From NCBI GenBank assembly GCA_049521435.1, contig JBEKOU010000010.1, positions 4,454-68,453 of the forward strand: a stretch of 64,000 nucleotides of DNA, read 5' to 3'. Made by a program: the position numbers and the translations under genes. This DNA is from Candidatus Dormibacteria bacterium. GTDB lineage: Bacteria > Chloroflexota > Dormibacteria > Aeolococcales > Aeolococcaceae. Shown one piece after another: positions 1-8,683 of this stretch (the stretch's first letter is position 1; each line of letters opens with the position of its first letter). The notes under the pieces are model-generated. The model searched no databases, had not been told where the DNA came from, and was given only the letters and a program-made list of their open reading frames with translations.

Positions 1-49
1 TTAATCTCTTCTTATCTCTACACTGTCACCACCCAAGGAGTCCTCTCCG

Positions 50-1207
50 GTGAACAACTGGCCTTCCGGTACGAGCACCCATACCGCTTTGCGCTGCACG
101 GTGTCCCCGGCCGCGCTCAGCTCGTCACTCAGCCTGGTGTCCCGCGCAGTCTCACCGCGTTCCACGTTGCCCGTGCTGAGCAACGTCCTGCTCGAAACCG
201 AGGCAGAAGGACTCCGCGTCACCGCCACCAACCTGGACCTCACCATCAGCGCCCTGGTGGCGGCGACCGTGTTGGAAGAGGGTCGGGTGACCGTCCCTGC
301 GCGGCTCCTGGCGGAATACGTCGCCTCTCTCGATGACACGACCTGCACCATGGAGGTCGAGGAGCGGACGCAGATGCTCCGGATCACGTCCGGAGTGCAG
401 ACAACGAATCTCCATGGCATCGACGCTGTCGAGTTTCCGCCCCTTCCTGCGCGCGAGACCGCACCTGCCTTCGAGGTCGATGCGGCCGCACTCCAGCAGG
501 CCATCACCCAGACGGCGGTCGCCGCCTCCGGTGATGAGCAGACCCCGGTGCTGACTGGGGTCCTGCTCCATGTCGAGGGCTCGAAGCTCACCCTGGTGGC
601 AACCGACCGCCATCGGCTGGCGGTCAAGAAGCTCGAGGCTGAGGTGCTCACCGAGGGAGTCGTTAGCGGCACCGTGATCGTCCCGGCACGGCATCTGGCG
701 GAGCTGGCCCGTGCCATCAACCCCAGCCGTCCGCGGGTCGGTGTCGCCTTCAGCGACGCGCGCAACCAGGTCTTCTTCACTCTCCGTGACATGGAGATCT
801 CATCGCGCCTCATCGAGGGCAACTATCCCAACTACACACAGGTCATCCCCGCTCACTCCACCACCATCGTCGTGCTCTCCAAGGAGCTCCTGCTCAAGAG
901 CGCAAAGACGGCCGCGGTGCTGGCTCGGGACGCCTCCAACCCCGTTCGTCTCCGGGCGGGCAAGGGAGAGCTGGAGCTGCTCGCCCAGGCTGCCGAGGTG
1001 GGCGACCACGACGCTCCGCTACCTGCCAAGGTCGACGGAGAGGAGGTCCAGGTGGCCTTCAATGCCCGCTACCTGCTCGACGCCCTCCAGGCGATCGACG
1101 GTGAGGACGTCGAGCTGGCCCTCAACGGTCCGCTCCAGCCGGCGGTGGTCCGCGCCAAGGGACAGGACGACTACCTCTGCGTCATCATGCCGGTGCGAGT
1201 CCCCTAG
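50..1207 (+). CDS. dnaN: DNA polymerase III beta subunit (sliding clamp)
   Basis: 385-aa ORF with a clamp-like N-terminus (LRCTVSPAALSSSLSLVSRAVSPRSTLPVLSNVLLE) and C-terminus (LQPAVVRAKGQDDYLCVIMPVRV). AAGGAG at 35-40 lies 9 nt before GTG 50. TTG 89 would give the more usual short N-terminus. Confidence 0.9.
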   Translation: MNNWPSGTSTHTALRCTVSPAALSSSLSLVSRAVSPRSTLPVLSNVLLETEAEGLRVTATNLDLTISALVAATVLEEGRVTVPARLLAEYVASLDDTTCTMEVEERTQMLRITSGVQTTNLHGIDAVEFPPLPARETAPAFEVDAAALQQAITQTAVAASGDEQTPVLTGVLLHVEGSKLTLVATDRHRLAVKKLEAEVLTEGVVSGTVIVPARHLAELARAINPSRPRVGVAFSDARNQVFFTLRDMEISSRLIEGNYPNYTQVIPAHSTTIVVLSKELLLKSAKTAAVLARDASNPVRLRAGKGELELLAQAAEVGDHDAPLPAKVDGEEVQVAFNARYLLDALQAIDGEDVELALNGPLQPAVVRAKGQDDYLCVIMPVRVP

Positions 1208-1536
1208 CTCATGGCGGTGAAGCGCAACCGCTTCACCTCCTCTCCGCCCATGCGCGAGTTCAGAGCGCGCACGATGGTCGGCATCTCGAGCTGGAGCTGC
1301 TGAGCCAGCGCACCATTGCGGGTGGCCACCAGAACCGTACCCCGCTGCAGCGAGAGCGCCTCGCAGAGGGGCGCCACAGCCGGCCCCACCACCTCCGCGA
1401 ACGCGTCGCGCAACTGGACTTCGCGGACCTCGCGCTGGACCCCCAACCGGCGCAGCGCCGACCCGAGCACCTCCGTGATGTGGAGCGGTCCCGGCTCACG
1501 CTCGGGGCGACGGCCGGCATCCATCCCGTCACTCAT
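1204..1536 (-). CDS. DUF721 (DciA-type) small protein usually found after recF
   Basis: ATG 1536 overlaps the recF stop (ATGA at 1533-1536), giving 110 aa. Segments LHITEVLGSALRRLG and GTVLVATRNGALAQQLQLE fit the DUF721 family. Its stop shares the palindrome CTAG (1204-1207) with the dnaN stop. Confidence 0.65.
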   Translation of the reverse strand: MSDGMDAGRRPEREPGPLHITEVLGSALRRLGVQREVREVQLRDAFAEVVGPAVAPLCEALSLQRGTVLVATRNGALAQQLQLEMPTIVRALNSRMGGEEVKRLRFTAMS

Positions 1537-2726
1537 CCCGCGACGACCGTGCCCTGGCGCACCAGGAAGCGCCGGGATGGATGAGCCCCGAATGGGTACT
1601 CGTCGCTGCACGTCACCATCGTCTGGGGTAGCTCACCGCGAGCGGAGAGTGCGGAGAGGAGGTGCTCGCGGCGGGCGGGATCGAGCTCGCTGAGGACATC
1701 GTCCAGAAGCAGGATCGGCATCCGCTCTGCGCGCGCGCCGACCAGGCGGACCTCGGCGATCTTGGTCGCCAGCACCGCGCTCCGCTGCTGCCCCTGTGAG
1801 GCGGTGGATCGGGCCGGACGGCCATTGAGGACGAATTCGAGATCGTCCCGATGAGGGCCGACGACGCTGGTACCGCGGGCGAGCTCCTCGCCGCGGGCGC
1901 GCGCCAGGGCGCTGGTCAGCGCCGCCAGCACCTGCTCGCGATCGTCGCTCGCCGCCCCGGATTGGGGCGTGTAGCGGAGCTCCAGGGAGTCGGCGGCCTC
2001 GCTGATCTCCGCCATGGCCGCGGCAGCCAGTGGGGCCAGCGCCCCGACCAGCTCGGTCCGCGCCACCTGAACCGCCGCACCGTGGCGGAGAAGCGCGTCG
2101 TCGAAGGGCCGGAGCTGGTCGGGCGGTCCGCCACCGTCATGCAGACGGCGGAGCAGGGAATTGCGCTGCTCGAGCACCCGCCGGTAGCGGATCAGCTCGT
2201 CAGCTGCGGCTCGATCGAGCTGGGACACCAGGATGTCGAGGAGCCGGCGACGAGCCTCCGGACCGGCCTTCACCAGCTGAAGGTCGTCGGGCCAGAAGAG
2301 GACCACCGGCCACCGTCCGATGAGGTCGCGCGGGGCGATCGGGTGACCATCGCGCGTCGTGGTGCGCGAGATGCGTGGAGTGGCGTCACGCCCGGGCGGA
2401 CCGGTAGGTTCGGCGTCTCTGGTCCGGCGGAGCCTGAGGGCCAGCGTCTCGGAGAGGGACCTCCTGCCCAGCACGGCATCGACGGCCGCCTCCTCGGACC
2501 CCCAGCGGAGCAGCTCCGCCGGGATGCTGGTGCGCGGCGACTTGGTGAGGAGGAGGGTGGCGACCGCCTCCAGCAGGTTGGTCTTGCCCTGGGCGTTCTC
2601 TCCGGCAAAGACGTTCAGCCCGGGGCCGAGAGGCAAATTCAACTCCGCGTAGTTCCGGAAGTTGTAGAGGCGGAGGTGGGTCAGCCCCTCGGCATCGACC
2701 GAGGACTCCGGCCCCGGTGGGGTCAT
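1533..2726 (-). CDS. recF: DNA replication and repair protein RecF
   Basis: Has LRLYNFRNY, Walker A GENAQGKTNLLEA and a C-terminal LLLDDVLSELD. ATG 2726 overlaps the stop of the upstream glycosyltransferase (ATGA). The Arg/Gly-rich extension up to 2915 in the track ORF is rejected. Confidence 0.9.
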   Translation of the reverse strand: MTPPGPESSVDAEGLTHLRLYNFRNYAELNLPLGPGLNVFAGENAQGKTNLLEAVATLLLTKSPRTSIPAELLRWGSEEAAVDAVLGRRSLSETLALRLRRTRDAEPTGPPGRDATPRISRTTTRDGHPIAPRDLIGRWPVVLFWPDDLQLVKAGPEARRRLLDILVSQLDRAAADELIRYRRVLEQRNSLLRRLHDGGGPPDQLRPFDDALLRHGAAVQVARTELVGALAPLAAAAMAEISEAADSLELRYTPQSGAASDDREQVLAALTSALARARGEELARGTSVVGPHRDDLEFVLNGRPARSTASQGQQRSAVLATKIAEVRLVGARAERMPILLLDDVLSELDPARREHLLSALSARGELPQTMVTCSDEYPFGAHPSRRFLVRQGTVVAG

Positions 2727-3868
2727 GACAGCTTCAGCGCCACGGTGCGCACCAGCTCGGCGACCTCCGCGGCCGCTTCCGGTCGGGCCAGGTGGGAGAC
2801 GGCCTCGCGCATCGAGAGCAGGGCTGGAGACCCCGGCGCGGCCAGCTCCGCGACCTCGTCGACCAGCTCGGCGTCGCCGGGCACGTAGCGTCCGGCCCCC
2901 GAGTCGATGAGCCACTCCATATTTCCCCGCTCCTGGCCAGGGAGGTACCAGGTGATCAGGAGCGGCAGTCCGGCGCAGAGAGCCTCGGCGATCGTCCCCG
3001 GTCCGGCCTTGGTCACGACAATGTCAGCCGCGGTCATCCACTCCGCCATGTTGGTCACGAATCCGTGCACGCTGACCAGACGGCCCGCGCGGTCGCGCAG
3101 GCCGTCCAGGCCGTTGTAGGCGCGCCGGTTCCGGCCGCAGATGACCACCAGGGAGACGTCCAGGCCACTGCCGGCCAGCAGCCGCGCACGTCGCTCGATG
3201 TCGCCCGACCCGTCCGCCCCGCTGCAGACCAGAACGGTGAAGCGATCGGGGTCGAGCCCGAGTTGAAGCCGCCGAGCCCTGCGGGTCTCCGGGTCGGACG
3301 CCTCGTCGGTGAAGCCGGCGTCAACCGGAAGACCCACCTGGACCAGCCTGTCGGCGGGCACCCGGTTGCGACGGCACCGGTCCAGGCCTCCAGGCGAGGG
3401 CACGATGACCAGGTCGACGTCGGGCGAGGCCCAGAAGGCGTGCACATCCACCAGGTCGGTGACGGCGGTGATCACTGGGACTCGCATTCCGAGGCGGCGC
3501 CGCGCCCGCACCGCCGCCCGGTTGAGCAGGGGGTGAAAGGAGACCACCGCCGCCGGTTCCAGCCTCGTCATCAACCGCTCGATGGCCGGGTCGACAGAGC
3601 GGAGCACCAGCTCAGCCGCCCTGACCATGGCCCGGGAGTTGGTGGCGTGGAACATCCCGCCCCAGAGCCATGGGGCGCGCTGGATCAGCGGACCGTAGAG
3701 CCCTGCGGTGCGGCCCAGCAGGCGTGGTGAGGCGCTCGCGAAGGGGTCGACCACCTCCACATCGAACTCGCCCGGGTGGGCACGGCCGAGATAGTGGCTC
3801 ACTGCCGTGGCTGCCGCCCTGTGCCCACCGCCGGTGTCCGCGATCAGGAAGAGGAGAGAGCGAGGCAT
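2723..3868 (-). CDS. GT28 MGDG-synthase/UgtP-like diacylglycerol glycosyltransferase
   Basis: 381 aa. N-terminal LFLIADTGGGHRAAATAV and the overall layout match the MGDG synthase N-domain plus a GT28 C-terminal domain. Confidence 0.7.
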   Translation of the reverse strand: MPRSLLFLIADTGGGHRAAATAVSHYLGRAHPGEFDVEVVDPFASASPRLLGRTAGLYGPLIQRAPWLWGGMFHATNSRAMVRAAELVLRSVDPAIERLMTRLEPAAVVSFHPLLNRAAVRARRRLGMRVPVITAVTDLVDVHAFWASPDVDLVIVPSPGGLDRCRRNRVPADRLVQVGLPVDAGFTDEASDPETRRARRLQLGLDPDRFTVLVCSGADGSGDIERRARLLAGSGLDVSLVVICGRNRRAYNGLDGLRDRAGRLVSVHGFVTNMAEWMTAADIVVTKAGPGTIAEALCAGLPLLITWYLPGQERGNMEWLIDSGAGRYVPGDAELVDEVAELAAPGSPALLSMREAVSHLARPEAAAEVAELVRTVALKLS

Positions 3869-3910
3869 GGCCCCTGAGACTAGCAGGCTGCCCGAGGGCT
3901 CTCAGGGGCC
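3869..3910 (-). promoter_or_regulatory. Perfect 11-bp hairpin abutting the GT28 start codon
   Basis: GGCCCCTGAGA (3869-3879) and TCTCAGGGGCC (3900-3910) with a 20-nt loop. On the mRNA the 3' arm ends at the nucleotide before the AUG (3868) and covers the only SD-like AGGGG. Confidence 0.5.
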
Positions 3911-3950
3911 CCGCCGCAGCGAACGCGGCGTGGCGAGGAGGCGAATGAAA

Positions 3951-5738
3951 TCAGCCGCCGAAGCCGACCGACAGAGCCTGGAGCCCGGGGGCGAGTGATG
4001 TGAGCGGGAGGGGCCCGGAACCGTCCGCGTTGGCGATCACGGCCTCGACCGCACCGGACGGCATCGTGGTGATGTACGCGATCTGACGTCCGCTTGGCGC
4101 GACCGTGGCGCTCTGGGGATCGACGTCACCCAGAGGGGTGGTGATCGCCGAGACGACGCCGGTTGCGATCTCGAAGCCCCCCAGCTGCGGCGCGCCGCGC
4201 GGGGCGTTCAGCGCCACCACCAGGGTCGCGTCGTCGGTGAATCCCACCGGTGTCAGGTCGGTGCCGACCTTGAGCGGCGGCTGTCCGCCCGATGGGTCGG
4301 CGACCCAGGTGGTCGGGAGCGGCGACGACGGCGACGTCACCTCGAGGGCCAGCTCCTCGCCCTGGGGGGCGGCCACCAGGTTGGAGGCGTTGCCCACGAG
4401 GGCGGGCAGCTGGTACCGAGCGCTGATCGTCGGGTCTGCGAGGTCCACGTGAGCCGGGCTCGCTCCGCTCGCCTCGACAGGGATGGCGAGGGTATCGCCG
4501 TCCGCCGTCCAGACCGGGGCCCCGCTCGGGGCGGAGCCCGGCTGCAGAGCCGAGAGCGACCCCGACGCCGGGTCGTAGAGCTGGACCGACGAATCGCCGG
4601 CGACAAACGCCAGCGTCGATCCGTCGGGGGACCACGCCGGCCAGGTGGCCCCGGTCAGGTCGAGCTGGTCCTGGCCTGTCTGCAGGTTGATGATGCGGAG
4701 CAGGGGGGCCGCCCCCACCTGGGTGGTGTCGCTCTGGACCACGGCGAGCCACTGCCCGCCGGCCGAGATGGTCGCGTCCTCGATCACGGCGGCCGGCTGG
4801 CCCGGCCCGACATCGCCGCACCCGTCGGGGTCTGCGCAGAGGGGGACCGCGGCGAGGACCTCGGCCGGGATCGGTAGGCCGGTGGCCGGAGCCGTCAGCT
4901 GGGCGAGCACCACCTCCGTGGCGTCCCCCACCCCGGGGCCGGCCAGCACCAGGAGGTGGCCGAGGGCCGAGAGCGGTCCGGTGGTGAAGTGGAGGGTGAT
5001 GGGAGCTGGGATGGGCTGACCGAACGCGTCGGTCGCCCGGCGGCTGACGGTGAGCGTGTACGCCGTCGCAGGATCCAGGGGACGATCCGGGATGATCTCG
5101 AACTGGCCCAGGTCGAGCGGATTGCGCACCACCTGCAGGCCGGACACCCCGGGTGTCAGCGAGACCGCGGAGGAGACCGCCGATGTCGACATCTCCCGGG
5201 AGAACGACAGCACGATCGGGGAATCCCGCGGGGCCGTGGCGCCATCTCCCGGGGAGGCCGAGTTCAGCACCGGCGCCGCCGAGCTGGTCAGGTTCCAGAC
5301 GTGGTCGAGGGAGTTGACGTTGCCGCTGACCGAGGTGACGCCGGCCCCGAGGTCAAAGGTGTACTCGGTGTCCGGGGCGAAGAGGGCGCCCCGGTGGTAG
5401 AAGACGAACCCCGACTCGCCGGAGAGCCATGTGATCCAGCAGGGCGCCCCGGGGCGGGCCGTGAACGCCGCCGCCATGCTGCAGCCCGGCAGCCCCTGGT
5501 GCGGCGGGAGCGTCTGGTACACGCTGAGGTGCGCCGCAACGCTCTCGTGGGTCACCGGCTGGTCAAAGACGACCTCCACGGTGGCGTTGGCGTCCAGCTG
5601 GGTGGAACCGGCGGGAGGGTTGAGCTCGACGATCTGCGGCGGAGCGCTGAAGCACCCGGTGAGGAGGACCGACGGTGCGAGGATCGCGACGGCGAGGGGC
5701 AGGGCACGGAGCCGGAGCGCGCGCCGAGGGGGGCTCAG
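3951..5738 (-). CDS. Lipoprotein with SbsA-type Ig-like domains and a TolB-like PD40 beta-propeller
   Basis: The track ORF starts at GTG 5579. The in-frame upstream sequence encodes SPPRRALRLRALPLAVAILAPSVLLTGC, a signal peptide with a lipobox. The only start-like codon there is CTG 5738, which overlaps the upstream stop. Ig-like segments include ASPGDGATAPRDSPIVLSFS. PD40-like repeats include WPAWSPDGSTLAFV. Confidence 0.7.
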   Translation of the reverse strand: MSPPRRALRLRALPLAVAILAPSVLLTGCFSAPPQIVELNPPAGSTQLDANATVEVVFDQPVTHESVAAHLSVYQTLPPHQGLPGCSMAAAFTARPGAPCWITWLSGESGFVFYHRGALFAPDTEYTFDLGAGVTSVSGNVNSLDHVWNLTSSAAPVLNSASPGDGATAPRDSPIVLSFSREMSTSAVSSAVSLTPGVSGLQVVRNPLDLGQFEIIPDRPLDPATAYTLTVSRRATDAFGQPIPAPITLHFTTGPLSALGHLLVLAGPGVGDATEVVLAQLTAPATGLPIPAEVLAAVPLCADPDGCGDVGPGQPAAVIEDATISAGGQWLAVVQSDTTQVGAAPLLRIINLQTGQDQLDLTGATWPAWSPDGSTLAFVAGDSSVQLYDPASGSLSALQPGSAPSGAPVWTADGDTLAIPVEASGASPAHVDLADPTISARYQLPALVGNASNLVAAPQGEELALEVTSPSSPLPTTWVADPSGGQPPLKVGTDLTPVGFTDDATLVVALNAPRGAPQLGGFEIATGVVSAITTPLGDVDPQSATVAPSGRQIAYITTMPSGAVEAVIANADGSGPLPLTSLAPGLQALSVGFGG

Positions 5739-7216
5739 TAGGCGCGGGACAGTGCGTTCTCCACGTCGATCGGCACCACGGGAGCGCCGCCGCTCTTCAC
5801 CTCGATCCGGGCCGCCTTGTCCGTCGCGATCTTGGCCACCGCGGTGGTCGCCGTGTTGAGCGCAGGGCTCGTCTGGGTGTAGGCCCCGAGGACCTTGCCC
5901 TGGCTGAGCAGGATGATGCCGATGTCTGCGCTGCCAACCACGAGGACGGCTCCCTCCACCCCCTCCTCGGTCAGGTAGCCGATCAAGGAGTCGAAGTTGA
6001 TGAAGCGGCCGAGCAGACCGGTGTAGAGCAGGGGCGCGGTGAGGAGCAGGGCCAGAGCCTCGACCGTCTCGCCGGCGAGGTCGATGACGTCCAAGCCGCC
6101 GGTGCCGGCGTCCATGCTCCGTCGCATCGCCTGGAAGGCCGCGTCACCCGAGCGGGCCCCGGCGTTGCTGGAGAGAGCCTCCAAGAGGTGACCCTCGTGG
6201 AAGAGGAGTATCCCGGCGAAGTCGGGCGCGGTGAGACGGATGTACCCCGTGTGCTGGTCACCGCGGAGGGTCCGGAGCAGCTTGGGGAAGTCGACGAAGG
6301 CGCTCTTGAGGCCCTCGTACTGTGCGCGGCCCGAAGGCAGGGGATAGACGATGTCGAGCGGCTCAGCTGTGGGGGCACCGAGGACCGGGCCCGGCTGCGC
6401 CGCCCGCGCGGGGGCGGGCACGGCGGCGGGCACGGGAACTGGGGCCGGCGTGCGAGCGGGTGCGGACGCGCGCGCCGGGGCGCGCGCCGGAGCCGGAGTC
6501 GGAGCCGGCGCGGGGGCTGGAGCCGGAGCGGGAGCCGGTACGGCCACGGGAGCCGGGATCGGCGCGGGCGCGACCGCCGGGGGAGCGTCGGGTCGGTACT
6601 GGGCTCGAGCCGGAACCGGCGGCTCGGGGCGGTAGCTGGGCATGGGGGCGGGGGCCGGTCTCCGCTCAGGAGGCTCGTACTGGGCCGGGGCGGGGTAGAC
6701 GGGCTCGGGCGCGACGGGCTCGGAGGCGGGGGCGGGGGCGCTCCAGGGAGAGTAGCCCGCGGCCGCCTGAGAGTCGCTCCCCACAGGCTCCTGCTCGGGG
6801 GTCGTCCACCCGGGGTCGGCGTACCCCCCGCCGGCTTGCTCTGCGTAGCCGGCACCCTGGTAGGTCGGTGATTCGTCGTATCCCGGGGCACCCTCCCAGC
6901 CGGCCGGCTCCGCCGGCGCCCTTCGCTCGGCCTCGGCGATCAGCTCCGCCGGCGACGACTTGATCGTCTCCTCCGGAGGCAGCTTGGCCCGGGGGTCGAA
7001 GCGGAAGCTGCCGTCGCGCCAGGTCAAGGCCTGGATGACGACGTCCTCGCCCTGCCCGGACGGACTGGCGGCGTGGAAGAGGTGGCCGAAGAGGAAGTAC
7101 AACGAGGCGGTGTCACTCTGGCTCTCCAGGGCGAGGGCACCCGTCGCACGCTCTGTCTGCATGGTCTGGAGCAGGGATGCCAGGCTCGATTCCTGCAGCG
7201 TGCCCTGAGTCTGCAC
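5735..7216 (-). CDS. DUF4388 (PATAN-associated) domain protein with a Pro/Ala linker
   Basis: The N-terminus (GTLQESSLASLLQTMQTERATGALALES..LYFLFGHLFHA..GEDVVIQALTWRDGSFRF) fits DUF4388. A ~150-aa PAPAPAP/PVP low-complexity linker follows. Two further DUF4388-like modules are present (TGYIRLTAPDFAGILLFHEGHLLEA; GAVLVVGSADIGIILLSQGKVLGA). GTG start with GGAG 8 nt upstream. Confidence 0.7.
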   Translation of the reverse strand: MQTQGTLQESSLASLLQTMQTERATGALALESQSDTASLYFLFGHLFHAASPSGQGEDVVIQALTWRDGSFRFDPRAKLPPEETIKSSPAELIAEAERRAPAEPAGWEGAPGYDESPTYQGAGYAEQAGGGYADPGWTTPEQEPVGSDSQAAAGYSPWSAPAPASEPVAPEPVYPAPAQYEPPERRPAPAPMPSYRPEPPVPARAQYRPDAPPAVAPAPIPAPVAVPAPAPAPAPAPAPTPAPARAPARASAPARTPAPVPVPAAVPAPARAAQPGPVLGAPTAEPLDIVYPLPSGRAQYEGLKSAFVDFPKLLRTLRGDQHTGYIRLTAPDFAGILLFHEGHLLEALSSNAGARSGDAAFQAMRRSMDAGTGGLDVIDLAGETVEALALLLTAPLLYTGLLGRFINFDSLIGYLTEEGVEGAVLVVGSADIGIILLSQGKVLGAYTQTSPALNTATTAVAKIATDKAARIEVKSGGAPVVPIDVENALSRAY

Positions 7217-7429
7217 AGGCCCTTCTCCGTGTGGGGATATATGTGCCGCAAGGGCGGACTGAAAACCTGAGATCGGCCGTATAGTAACAACCCCGCGCCC
7301 GGTGCGCCGCTGAATTGCGAAGGAGTTGCGGGCGCGCGCCGAGGCCGGCCCGGGCGGGAGGCCCGCTCGAAACCGTCTAGACTGAGGGCGTGGGCACTAC
7401 TCCCATCCCGGTCCCCCGAGAGGCGCGGG

Positions 7430-8086
7430 TTGGCTGAGCCGCCTGCATCGGAGTCGGTGGAGCACCCCGGACAGGAGCGGTCCGCCTTCCCGTCCTATGA
7501 GGAGCTGTCCGCCGACCTGATTGAGGCCATCGACCAGGCTGGCCTCTTCATCGAGGACGTGCGGCACCACCTGGAGCCGTCGGTCGGGGAGCGCCGCTTC
7601 GAATGCACCGTCCGTCTCTCCTCCGTCGAGCCGCCCTCGCGCTATCACGTCCACCTCAGCTTCGCCTGGGATGCGCTGCTCACCTACGTGGCGGCATACG
7701 GCGCCGGTGCCGACTGCGACCTCTACCACGACGATGACGAGTCCGAGGACTGTCCCCACCACCAACTCCCTCCCCAGCCCTTCGTCGAGCTGGAGGCCGA
7801 GTTCATCCTGGGGGACGGGGGCTACGAGCTCCACGACGTCGCGGAGGTCTCCGCCTGGGTGGACACCGTTCAGGAGCTGCTGGCCAAGGTGTTCCGCGAC
7901 GAGGATCGCCCCTCCGTCCACGTCGGGATCGCCTCGCTGGGGACGACCACGCTCGTCGAGAAGTTCACCGCCGAGCATTCCTGGCTCCTCGACTTCGAAC
8001 GGCCGCCCGACTTCGAGGGCATGGCACAGCAGGTGCAGAACGCCCTGCGCCTCATCCCTCAGCTCGCCGACCGCCTACCCATCTGA
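7430..8086 (+). CDS. Hypothetical acidic protein
   Basis: 218-aa ORF with a TTG start, coding-like composition and no antisense competitor with a recognisable domain. No family recognised. Confidence 0.5.
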   Translation: MAEPPASESVEHPGQERSAFPSYEELSADLIEAIDQAGLFIEDVRHHLEPSVGERRFECTVRLSSVEPPSRYHVHLSFAWDALLTYVAAYGAGADCDLYHDDDESEDCPHHQLPPQPFVELEAEFILGDGGYELHDVAEVSAWVDTVQELLAKVFRDEDRPSVHVGIASLGTTTLVEKFTAEHSWLLDFERPPDFEGMAQQVQNALRLIPQLADRLPI

Positions 8087-8227
8087 AGGGCGCGTCGGCG
8101 GGGCGCATCCGCTCCGGGGGGACCGGCGTCGGACAGCCTTGCTGTCCGCGCCTCGTGCTCGGCGCGATTGCAACTCGCGCCTGCGCAAGCCCCCCTTCGC
8201 CGAAGCGCCCCGCCGACACCAGACCGA

Positions 8228-8683
8228 TCAGCCGCGGCAAGCCGCGGCGACGGCCGGGTCGATCTCGGCGATGAGGCGATGCCAGAAGGCGCGCTCGGGC
8301 AACCCGGGATGGGGAACGGTCGGAGAACCTGCGCTCGCGACCTCGCCGTGGCGGCCCAGGAGGATGAGATCGGCATCGGCACGCCTCGGGCCCCAGCGGT
8401 ACGTCGGGCGCCGGCCGCAGGCCACCTCAGCCCCCACGCACACCTCGAGCCAGCGCCCAGCCGGCCAGGGCTCGGGACTGCGGGCCAGGAGCACCTGGTT
8501 GTGAAAGTCGCCCTGGGTGATCACCCCCACCGGTAGGGTGAGGATCTCGGTGGAGGCGGCCTCGATGCGGATGCCGGCCTCGAGCAGGTCGCCCCGGAGG
8601 CACGCCAGCGCCCGCCCGCGATGGCCGATGTTGCACCCGAGGCCGATCCAGGCCCATTCGGACGCCGCCGGGCCGCCGCTCAT
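8228..8683 (-). CDS. folK: 2-amino-4-hydroxy-6-hydroxymethyldihydropterin pyrophosphokinase (HPPK)
   Basis: WAWIGLGCNIG..R..L and the C-terminal PHPGLPERAFW are typical of HPPK. ATG 8683 overlaps the folP stop (ATGA). Confidence 0.8.
   Translation of the reverse strand: MSGGPAASEWAWIGLGCNIGHRGRALACLRGDLLEAGIRIEAASTEILTLPVGVITQGDFHNQVLLARSPEPWPAGRWLEVCVGAEVACGRRPTYRWGPRRADADLILLGRHGEVASAGSPTVPHPGLPERAFWHRLIAEIDPAVAAACRG

Noticed and set aside
1-49. DnaA boxes or an oriC fragment in the AT-richer leader of dnaN
   Set aside because: The closest element (TTATCTCTACA, 12-22) does not match the TTATCCACA consensus without an indel. Only 49 nt are visible, so no call is possible.
1-822. 273-aa minus-strand ORF running off the window start
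   Set aside because: It is antisense to dnaN. It has a Ser/Thr/Arg/Ala-rich composition without motifs.
2727-2915. 63-aa N-terminal extension of recF in the track ORF
   Set aside because: It is an Arg/Gly-rich stretch that overlaps the 3' end of the GT28 gene. The ATGA-coupled ATG 2726 gives a normal RecF N-terminus.
6390-6800. GC-rich hexamer/nonamer repeats as a possible non-coding satellite
   Set aside because: They lie inside the DUF4388 ORF and translate in frame to the PAPAPAP/PVP linker. This is a coding low-complexity region.
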